A DNA stretch of 61,797 nt, counting the filler, from Sphacelaria rigidula (lineage: Eukaryota): NCBI GenBank assembly GCA_964200075.2. It is 6 parts of 6 records of this genome, joined end to end, with 100 filler letters (N's around TTAATTAATTAA, not from the genome) between each part and the next. Parts side by side here need not be neighbours in the genome. Positions count along the whole stretch, not along the records: positions 20,635 to 30,851 come from CAXNAA020006913.1; positions 30,952 to 41,167 come from CAXNAA020006914.1; 4 more parts are not named here. One strand, 5' to 3'. The notes under the pieces are model-generated. The model was not told where the DNA came from. It searched no databases and was given only the letters and a program-made list of their open reading frames with translations. Of the stretch, positions 26,491-36,878 are shown piece after piece (positions within the stretch are counted from its first letter, which is position 1; every line of letters begins with the position of its first letter). The position numbers and the translations under genes are program-made.

Positions 26491-29102
26491 TGGTACGGCA
26501 AGTGGGGGGTTCTTATATGTTGACGGTAAACGTGTGGCCCTTTGTGACGAACACCGCTCATTGCGATCGAAGCGAAGCTTACCGTCAAACATATGTACTC
26601 CTGTTTCAGTTCAGAGTACATCATGCTTCTTCTGCATTTGGTGCAGAGAAAAAAGGTTGAAGTGTATTCCTTCAAGTACGTAGGCGTCAGTCAGTTGCAT
26701 GCGAAATTCTGAGGACGCACCGATAGATGTCGGGGCGGTGGAATATCCCATGTGGAATTTGAGCTTCAAACTCCCTACTGCTCTGACGGGGAGAATTGTT
26801 CCGTTCCCCACAATCACGTGCTCATTTCCTCTGGGTGGCGGGGGGGCGTAAATCAAACATACCAACCATTGGCCCAGTGGTATGGTGTGAAGCACCATTA
26901 TCACTTATCCACTCCTCTGTACCATCATCCACATCAAACCCCGACCCACTCTGGTTAAGCAACGCAACCCCCAAAGTAAAATAACCCAACTCAAAACGTG
27001 ACTCACCACGGGACACAGAATGTGCCATGCACAGGTGAAGCGGCGCAGAGGATGCAGCTGAACCGGAGGAAGACAGGTTGGAATCAGGTTGGGCATGATG
27101 AGGTTGTTGTTGCTGCTGCAGTGGATGAGGGTGTTGCAGCTGAAGTTCGCCTTGCTGCTGTGATGACTGGATCTGGTTGTTGGTGGCAGCTGCGGAGGAT
27201 TGCGGGGGGTTGCGGGGAAACTGGATATAGTGCGCATAACCTGCACCGCTGAAGTCGCTGCTGTCTTTCAACACCCACCCGTCTTCATCCGTTCCACTCC
27301 ACTGTTGTTCGTCGTGGGTGCTCTCTTCGTACCCGCCTTGGTCACCGTAAAGTCGCACGGTGTTGACCGATCCGTAGGAATGAGTCCAAGGGGGGGGCTG
27401 CTGTCCTCCGTGACGAGGTTGATTCTGGGTGGGATGCGCATGACGTACCCCCGAATCGACTTGCGGCGTCACTACTCTACGCCATGGGCAAAAAGTATGT
27501 ATGTGGCCCAGTTCGTCGCATGTGATGCATCGTTTACGGGGTCGGCGTGGTGAACTGGGGGTTCGTTGCCTACAGGGCGGTATAGACCATCAGGATAAGC
27601 TGAATAATCATATCCACCTCGCGGCGGGTCATAATACGGAAGTTGGCTGCCGGGGTGGGCATTCCCACCCCCGCGCCCCGAAGCACCGTACCTGTGACCA
27701 AATCCACGCCCTGCGCTCTGTCCTCCACGTCTCGCTTGCTGCTGATGTTGCTGGGGTTGCTGGCGTTGTTGCTGCTGTTGTTGCTGAGTGAGCTGCGGTG
27801 ACTGGGTGAGAATCCTACCACGTCCACTACCCCCACGTCCTCCAAGACTGTCTGTACTATGGCATTGCTGCTGGCGAACACCATTCCACGCACCACGATC
27901 ACCACGACTTTCTTGTGCGTGCATGTTTCGTTGTGCGCAGCAGCCAGAGTCATCGTGATGGGTTGTATTGTGGAAATGACAAAAAACAGCATCCTGTTGT
28001 CGACGTCTCTCACCGCCCTGTTGTCGTCCATTTTGCAGCACGCCCCCACCTCTGCCACCCCCAGTGGCAGCGGCGAGCGCGTGGCCTTGTACCCCATCCT
28101 GATTCCTTCCTGCCCTACTCCTGGCCAGTTCCATCTCACCATGCGCCGTCATCACCTTGCACTCCAGGGTATCTGTAGTTACTTCATCGAAAGCAAGCAA
28201 TACACCACGGACGATGTCGAAGTCACATGAAAGGCGGCGTATGTAGTGCCGATTCGCATCTGCATCTGACATCACGGCTCCAAGCGTAGTACGTTTGTAC
28301 CGTATGAATTTTGCTCTATCTAGAAACATATACGGGGGTCCTCTCCCAAGTTCATGTCAAGGGTCTGCCATGCATGGTACAACTGTGCCCTTTCGGTGGT
28401 TGGAGATACGGTGTAGTAGTCCACAACGTACTTCCATCCCTCGCTGGGGTTTCCCAGTCTCACTAATTGTTGTACAGGCGGATTGAAAATAATATTTTTG
28501 ACAATGATACTCCATGCTCTGGTGGCCTTTCCTACCAACTCGGTCTCGTACCTCTCGATCAAATCTCGCTCATTATCAAAATGTACCCTAACTGGAAAAG
28601 ATGTGTAAAGAGCCTCTTCGCAGAACTGTTGCTTAAAGTACGCTGTCATCTGTAGCTTAAAAACCATGAAGTTTTCTCTTACACCCTCACCACTCTTTGC
28701 CGTACCATCCCATGCTGCAATACTGTTATGCGAACGTACCCTCGAAATGCCAGACTGTATCATCTGGGCTTGACCCTGTGTATGCAGGGGTGCGTCTCGA
28801 CATCTTGAAATGCTGCTGTAGTAGTCGTAGGTTGGAATCGTTGCTGGGGGGGCGTAGCTCTTGTTGCTGACGCGCGCGCTGCCAGTCTTGGATCCTCTTC
28901 TTATTCTTGACTTTGTTGTCGCAATTCTTGTTTCTGTTTCTCTTGCTCCTGGATGTATCCTGATAGTATCTCCCTCACCGCGTCTGAGTCGGCATCTTGT
29001 ATCTTGGTCATAATGTTGTCTACTTGGTTTCCGAAGTCCATTTTTTTTATTTCTGAATAAACCCTGAAGTTGCCTGTGCGGAGCGTAGCCTAATCGCTAG
29101 CG

Positions 29103-29507
29103 TAAGGGCTGAATCTCCTAATCAGCGCTGGGGTCTATGTGTAAGAAAAGGTCGTGGGACCTCTGTTGTTGAAGCAATTCCCTTGTTGATTAATGTGTAT
29201 TATACTCTCCACCAAAACGTAAAAATCCAGAAAAGTGCACTGCCAAACAGGGGCGTGGTCACTCATGAAGATCCACTCATGTAGAAAAACAACACGTCAA
29301 AGCCGCAGTCCTTGGCCACGCGATTTGGCGTGTGCCTCTCAACGGATCCTTGCTGCAACCAACCAATCGGGTATACCTTTAACAAAAGAACTGTATCTCA
29401 TTACTTGTCATTCATCCATATGTCATGGTCCAATAACAAAATCCATTTCCCTCGCATCCAGGACTACTTACATGTATCAATCATTGAGTGTGAGTATTTG
29501 GATTACA
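29103..29507 (-). repeat. 5' LTR of copia-1 (core 29140-29507, TGTAA...TTACA)
   Basis: Direct repeat of 21726-22105 with a ~25-bp extra segment, immediately upstream of the gag ATG at 29041. Confidence 0.85.
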
Positions 29508-30851
29508 GGCTGCTTCCCCGCACCCCCCCGATCTGGTCAGATATCAGATCGTAGCCCCCCAACACCGGTTGTATCGTGGGCCTATACTTGAGTCGCTACG
29601 ACACACCGTCCGCATTCCTCGGCGATGCGGCGAGCGATGAGCTCACCTTGGTGGATTTCAGAACCCCTCAATCTGATGTGGTCAGATACCAGATCATAGC
29701 CCCCCCCCCCTCCCCTTTGCTGCTTTGCAGCCCCCCCACAGGTTTTGGTGCCGTGTTTCTTTGTGCTGAGTTCGCCTTCTTGGTGACTGTTTCTAGTACA
29801 CGTAGTCACCTTTCTTGTCGCTGTCGCATCTTTGTCCGTGTCCCCTGAGCATCTAGTGTTTTTTTTCTTCTTCTTGTCTTCGAGGTTTCTGTACGCGATG
29901 AGAGAACTGTAGATTTATTTAGTCCAGCCTCCCCGCATGTTTGGAATTCTGATCACTAGTTCTCTGGGTGTGTTTGTTATTGTCACTGCTCAACCCCCTG
30001 CCGCCAGCCAAGAGAGCTCGCCGCACGGGAGTATTCCCTTACATCGTCTTGTTGCACGGGTCCTTGGTTACACCGTGTACTGCTAATGATACCGCCGTTG
30101 TTGTAGGCCGTATTTATGCTCGACGACTGTTTCAGGTTGAAGTGAGCTACTGCATTTCGACGATTCATCTGGATGTTTTCGTTTGTTTGTTCTACCCCTA
30201 TCCCGTGGCGCAGCCTGGTCGGCTGGCGACACGGGTGTGTTCTCTTGTGTCGTTCCGTTGCTCGTGGTCCAGTGTTTCCCTGGGCATGATCACTCATACC
30301 GCCCTTGTTGTAGGCCGTATTTCCGCCGGACGATTGCTTTGAGTTGGGTATTGCGTCCTGACGATTTTTGTTTTTTAATTGACATCAAGTTTTGCTCATG
30401 ACACGCGATAGTTGATCCGCCGCGCTGACCGAAAAGTTCTGACCAATGACCTTTGGCTTTTTACCCTGAGTGTCGTCTTGGATGGGCTAGTGCCCACCCC
30501 CGGAGGATTTTGACTCCGCACTTCGGGCACACCAACCGTGAACTTCGGCTGCACCCCCATTTTTATCTCCCTGTTGCTGCGTAGTTCCCCCCTCCCCCAT
30601 CGCATTGTACTTCATGCTGCACGCCTTTTGCAAGGCAGGTTTGATACTTCAAACGCCCTGCCACGGAAACGAGCGGGGTGCCACCCTTGCTATACGCGAC
30701 GGATGTGTCGGGACGGAGTCGAACAAAGATGTGGAGCTCACTTGGATCTGCATCCGACCAGAGCAGTTGCCGCGATGCTATGCCGCAACTGCGTTTTCCC
30801 TCCCCTCTTCCCGGATTGTCTGGCATTCCATCCTTGTTCCGTTTGTAGATG

Positions 30852-30951
30852 NNNNNNNNNNNNNNNNNNNNNNNNNNNNNNNNNNNNNNNNNNNNTTAAT
30901 TAATTAANNNNNNNNNNNNNNNNNNNNNNNNNNNNNNNNNNNNNNNNNNNN
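30852..30951. other. Artificial contig-joining spacer
   Basis: 44 N + TTAATTAATTAA + 44 N. Confidence 0.98.
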
Positions 30952-32318
30952 TGTGAGCTATCATTGGTGTTTTTAATGAAGATCTGACCGGAATTTTCGA
31001 GCAACAAATGACCCAAAATCCCCCCCCCCCCCTACCGTGAGTACGCCCCCCCCCCTCCCCCCACTATCGTAGGATGACTCCCAAGTGCAATAAAAGAAGT
31101 AAGAATAAAAATAAATGATAAATAAACGATAATGTACTGTGGCCTTTAGCACCAGTGAATAGGACGCCACATCGGAGTCGTTCATCACTTCCGCAGCAAG
31201 GCACTAGTACTGCAGCCAGGAGCGTGGTCGTAAGCCAGGAGTGTGGTCGAGAAGCGTGGTCGTCCCGTCTAGGAGCGAGGACTTCCAAATAATTTGAGGT
31301 AAAGAAGTTGAGTTGTGATCATTTAACGCAGATTACGGCAGCAGATGAATTAAACTGGAGAGCCGTCTGTCACGCAAATCATCAATAGTATCAATGAACT
31401 CGATGAAGAGGTTTTTGGAGTAGACACGTCAAACTAAATCCGTTATATCATTAATATATCCTAGTAGTTACATGTTCTCAAGGCCGGTAGTTACATGTTC
31501 TCAAGGAAGGGACGTCACTCCAGAAGAAGACAAAAGTAGTGGAGAGTTATCACTAAGGATGAAGTACGTCTGTAAGATCGTGTGAATGAACAACCCTTCA
31601 TGCTTTATTTAACTTCGACCGGACCTGCAAACAGTTATCTGCTACGGTTCTACCCACAGGGCTCAACTTCACGCGATCGTTGAGAAGCATTAGACGGACT
31701 GATTGCGAAATACCAGAAGTTAACCTAAGCAAAGACGTCGTATTCTGATGATACAGTTAGCTAATTTGACCATGTCACAGGTAGAGGACCCAGGCGTCTT
31801 TCTCACACAAGCTTATTCAACTAGAGATGAACATACGTTCATAGCGGAGGCCGTCACTAATGAGCGGTTAACAGATAAACTCATAGAAGGGCTAACTGAT
31901 GGTTACAAACAAATTAGGTATAACGCTGAATGACATGCTGATTTTGGCCTCTCACAGATCGATTCAACTACCCGCAATATATACGTCGACGGCCTAGCTC
32001 TTGGTAAACATCTGAGAAAATGTTTTGGTAGAGAGAGTGCTATGTGTGCATCATTACCCTGGATTCATCTTCAACGTCCACCAAATATTATAATATATGT
32101 TATAACTGCGGGAAACCTGGTCACCTCATGCGTGACTGCAGATCTAGGAAGCAGCGTAACGGTAGACAGGTTCAATGGTGTAGCTTTCACAAAAGAAATA
32201 AACATAACACAAAGTGCAAAAATCAAATGAATAATGGAAACGCCAGTGGTAGCTATGGAAACAATGGTGATAATCGCTACGATGATAACCGGAACAGTAG
32301 CCACCACGATAATCGTAA

Positions 32319-32573
32319 GACACTTCACGATGTCTCCCCCCAAAATAAAACAGCGCAAAACTGTCACGAATAAAACGGTCATACAGCGCCTGATGATTGG
32401 TTTCAGGCTGCATGAAGTGCCTCAGATGGGCGACAAAGGCGAGAACGAACCCAAGCGTTGGAATTCCCACCTGCTCGTTGTGCTCAGCTTTCTTCATTCC
32501 AATTTATGTGTAGATATTGCCTCCTCAAACCAGCCACTTTTTGTGGGGGGGGGGGGCTACCGTAGAAAGTTTC
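32319..32573. mobile_element. 255-bp MITE with GAC...GTC-type termini and 4-bp TSD (GTAA), inserted in copia-2 gag
   Basis: Ends GACACTTCACGATGTCTCCCCC / GGGGGCTACCGTAGAAAGTTTC. GTAA lies on both sides and removing the insert restores the gag frame (HHDNR-NNNTNHQS). A homolog lies at 51106-51365. Confidence 0.85.
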
Positions 32574-33818
32574 GTAATAACAATACTAACCACCAAAGCA
32601 TACAGAATTATGGACCTGTCAATCAGGCGAATACAGCTACTACAACTTCCACTTCAAATACAGTACCTATGTACACTAATGTCCAGTAATCAAGTACACC
32701 TACTGCAGCAACTGTCACGGAATCTTCTCCACCAAGCGGACTTGGGTGTACCTTTCTTGCTGGGAACCTAGCAGATTCTCCTAATACGCATGTGACAACC
32801 CCATTTACGGTGGCTGTTGACAGTGGGGCCAGCAACTACTTCCCGTATTGCCACCTACTTCCTGATATTGGAAGGGAGATGCTTGACTTTGTTAAGCTTG
32901 ACCCACCCATGTGCATGAGCAGGAAGACACTTGTTACAAGGCACAGGAAAAGAAATCGTTCAATCATCGGGTACTAACATCAACGGTTTTGAACTCTCTG
33001 CTCGTTTGCCCGTCGTCATAGTTCCAGGCCTAGGAAAACATACATTTTCTCCTTGCGAGGCCCTGAGCAGGGGCGTTTCGACCGTGTTTTCTACAAAGTC
33101 ACTCATTGATGTAGGTGATTTTAAATCACAATTACAAATAATAATGCTGGTACATTACATACTATTAGCTTGAAAATTGTTCAAGAACATAATTAGTTCC
33201 ATGGAACAGCACTGACATCTATTAATACCACCACTTCTGGGGCGGTTATGGGGTTAGGTACTGCGTATGCAACTGAAGTTATTGATGTGGAACAAGACGA
33301 AGGTCGTTCGACTAACTCAATTATAGTAAGGGCAGAAGTCTGGCACAAACGACTAGTTCACCAGTCTGAACAAGCTTTGCGTAGTGTCCAGAATAGTTCA
33401 GAATCAGGTGTAAATTTCGAAGGCAACCTTGCTTCGTGTGCCACTTGCATGACTAATAAAAGTACACAGCTAAATCACCGGAAGAAACCCAACTCGGACA
33501 ACATCACCGATCGTCTTCAACTTGTCAGCACTGGCATTTAGTGGCAGTGACATCTACAGCAATAGGACATTCGAAGCACATGACTAAAATCACTGATTAT
33601 TTCAGTAGATTAAAGGTGGTATATTTTCCCAAGAGTAAGGATGAAGCTTTAACGACAATTCGCGAATTTATCCAAGATCTACCAACTCCCGCACGACTTC
33701 GAGTTCAACGTCTAAGGACCGATCGTGGAGGAGAGTACATAGCAGATTATACATGACAGCACTGTAAAATGGCAGGGGTTTTACAATAACATACAATATC
33801 TTATATGCCGCAACAGTA

Positions 33819-33993
33819 GGCGTAACAGGCGTAGCTGCTCTTCAAGTGTAGATTGTGACGACGAAATTCGCACGGTGGGTTGTTCGGTAGTGGAATTGTG
33901 GTGCTGAAGTGCCTTTGATAGTGTAGTTCTGCCGCACGGAGGCTCTTGGCTGATTGACCAAGACGACGAGCCTCCTTGCGTTGGTCTTCCGCC
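33819..33993. mobile_element. 175-bp insertion in the copia-2 integrase, short TIR, 3-bp duplication GTA
   Basis: Interrupts YMPQQ|..MSKSDGRT. Ends GGCGTAA / TTCCGCC with GTA on both flanks. Confidence 0.6.
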
Positions 33994-34269
33994 GTAGAAT
34001 GTCGAAAAGTGACGGCAGAACTGACATTATGAACGTCACTCGTTGTCTGTTAATGGAGAAAATTTACCCAAGAATTTATGGGGAGAAATTGCTGCAACTG
34101 CTGTATTTTCAAATAATTGCCTATCGCATGGTGGCGGTAATGGTGAAATTCCCCATCATCGAATGTTCGGAAAACATGCCAAATGATCATTTTTGTGCAT
34201 CATCGGCTCGCGTGCTTTTGTACACGTAGAACGCCATATTAATAAGTTAGAGAAAAAGACATTAAAAGG

Positions 34270-34516
34270 GAGTGATGCTGCGATAGGGTCTGCACTTTAG
34301 GGGCCAAAACCGGCCTGAGAGCCACGAGAGTATTGTTCCATCAAGAACATTGTGACCTCCGCCCGAACCTCAGACTGGAATTATCTCATGGATCATGGGT
34401 GCATGTTCCGCCCTGAGGCTCTAAGAACTGTGGTGAGAGTCAAAGGTGATTCGACATGCCTAAATCCCGATTTCCTCTCAGGCCGCAAAAGCGCAGACCC
34501 TATCGCAGCATCACTC
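34270..34516. mobile_element. 247-bp MITE with 24-bp perfect TIRs in the copia-2 integrase C-terminal region
   Basis: GAGTGATGCTGCGATAGGGTCTGC / GCAGACCCTATCGCAGCATCACTC. Interrupts KLEKKTLKG|VLVGHDSDNPSYRI. TSD is ambiguous. Confidence 0.85.
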
Positions 34517-36521
34517 AGTGTCCTAGTAGGTCATGACTCTGATAATCCGTCTTATCGAATATGTAATCGAGAATACGGTCGAGTTGCAAGTTCGAGAAAT
34601 CCTACCTTCATAGAACAAGCAGCCAGAATTCTTTCCAGTGATACACAGGGTACTGGGGGAAGACAAGACGGGGATAAGAATGAAAATTATATTTTTGATG
34701 TTCCAAATAATGAACAGATACTTTGAAATAATAACGACGATGAATACGACGGTATTACTCGACTGGGGCATTCATCTACTGAGCGAACTAGACCCATGCG
34801 ACTTCGTTCTGCAGGTAGCCCAGATTAAACTACATCTCAGCCATCAAACACACGCCGAGCCGGAGAACTGCGCACACTTGCCATCAACTCTATCGGACAC
34901 TACCAACACTCGAATATAATTCTTGATGGTGTTACCCAATATGTAGGAGTACAGTAGTAGGTATCGAAGGTGTTCTACCACCTGCATCCATTCCATTTCC
35001 AACTACCTATAAATAGATGTTATTTTCAACATTTGCGACATAGTGGAAAGCTGTCATGCTAGATGAACCACAAAGCATACCGGACCACGAAGTAACAGAT
35101 GCTATTCAAGCAAGTGTGGTATCTCCAAACATCAACACAATTGGTACGCGTTAGGTGTACAAGTTAAAGTAGATGGAAGATTCGAAGCTCGTTCAGTTAC
35201 CCAAGGTCAGGCACGAAAACATCAGTTTGACTGTGGAAGTACCTTCGCGCCTGTATGTAAACTGGAGAGTCAGAGAATTTATCAGCAATAGCTACAGCTA
35301 AAAATTGACCTATAATAAGTACTTTTGCGCCTGTATATAGACTTGAGAGTCAGAGAACTTTATGAGCAAAAGCTACAGCTAAATATTGGGTTTTAATAGC
35401 TCTAGATGTACAGATTTCGTTTTTAAACAGCAAATTGAAAGAAACTGTGTTCTGTGAACAGGCACCTGGATTCGGAACATTAGATGCAGATACTGGTGAA
35501 CTATATGTGATGCGTCTTAGGTGTGCTTTATCCAGACTTTGGCAAAGCCGTAATGTGTGGAATTTTACATATAACACTGAACTACAGAATATGCTTTTCA
35601 AAGCAACTGCAAGTGATCCGTGTGTTTATACAAGAGAACAACGACAACATTATGTCACGATCACTTGGTTCGTTGATAATATCCTAGTTACAGGGCCATC
35701 CATCGAAATTCTACAGTTTTTTCAATAGCATCAGAGGTAGGGCCTGTTTCACTAATTTTGGGTATAGAGGTTATCAGAGATTCAGAAAGAGGATTTTGAA
35801 ACCTTTCACGGCATAAATATGTACTAAATTTGTAACAAACGTTTAAAATAGAATGCTGCACTACCGTACATACACCAGGTATAGCAAATCAATATACAGA
35901 GGACACAGAAGGATAATGTTTAGATAAAAAACAGACGAAACAATTCCAAGCAATGGCAGGTAGTCTACTCTTGCTAAAACGATGCACCAGATCCGAAATA
36001 GCTTTTAGTGTTACTCAGGCAGCTCGCCATATGAGTAAACCAAGTGCTCATCATTTAGTTGCAGTGAAGCGTTTAGTTCGGTACTTGAAGGGAACATCAG
36101 GTCAACCCATCACGTATCGCTTCTCGAAGAATAACTTAAATTTTACGGGGATATTGTGATTCTTCATACGGTAACTCAGGTTCACACGGTAGAATGAGAT
36201 CGACCACAGGAACTATGTTCTTTTTAGCTGACGGATTAGTTCACTTTTCTTCAAGCCTGCAGAATATTACGGCTTCTTCAACTACTGAAGCAGGACTTAT
36301 AGCCTTAGCCAGATGTGTAAATTTTGTAAAGTATTTGTTGAATCTCCTACGTGAACTTGGCTGGTCATAAATGAAAACACCCACTATTTTGTCAGATTCT
36401 CGAGGAGCACTATATCTGTCATCAAATTCTGACTATAGCACAAGTAGCGAACACCCAGTTATGAAGTTGTTAAATTTCAAAGATATGATGAAAAAAATCG
36501 AATAACGATCAGTCATGTGAA

Positions 36522-36878
36522 TTGGGGTGTTGCAATCAGCTATGTAGTGCGAGATAACAATATTTTTGTGTTGTTGGTGTTCGTGTTTGTGTATGTGTTT
36601 ATCGTTTTTTTGTTGTTATTGCTGTTGTTTGTTTTCGTTCTTGTTTTTTGTTGTCGTTTTTGTTGTCGTTGTTGTTGTTGTTGCTGGTGGTGGTGGTGGT
36701 GTTTTTGTCGTTATCGCTGGTCCCTTTCTGCTTTCCTTTCTGAGGCGATTGCTTCTGTCTTTTTCTGTTCCTTACCTTCTTCTTTCTTTTGTTATTCTGT
36801 TTTTTTTGCTGCTCCCAACCACCGGCTGGATTATTCCAATCAGCTGATGTGAGATAATCAATCAATAAAAATCAATTA
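36522..36878 (+). mobile_element. 5'-truncated non-LTR (LINE/SINE 3' end) insertion with 7-bp TSD
   Basis: ATGTGAA is duplicated (36515-36521 and 36879-36885). The body is (GTT)n-rich with a (TCAA)n-like tail. Interrupts RNase H between ISHV and LADILTK. Confidence 0.7.

Larger units (their letters stand above)
21726..29507 (-). mobile_element. Ty1/copia LTR retrotransposon, near full length, ORF disrupted by stops and frameshifts
   Basis: Order on the minus strand: gag (ATG 29041; 28763-27472), protease (WISDNGASHH), GAG-pre-integrase and integrase (HLDLTGP, NGGEFTS, TPKQNAVVE; 26131-25097), RT (KSRLVARG, LYGLKQASRQW; about 24275-23540), RNase H (ADAD..RRSVSG, STTEAEY, KHID, ADFLTK; stop at 22765). 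PPT GTGAGTAGGAGGGC lies next to the 3' LTR. Confidence 0.95.

Noticed and set aside
36517..36852. Hydrophobic/Cys-rich ORFs resembling a membrane or env-like protein
   Set aside because: Translation artefact of a (GTT)n-rich insert bounded by a TSD.
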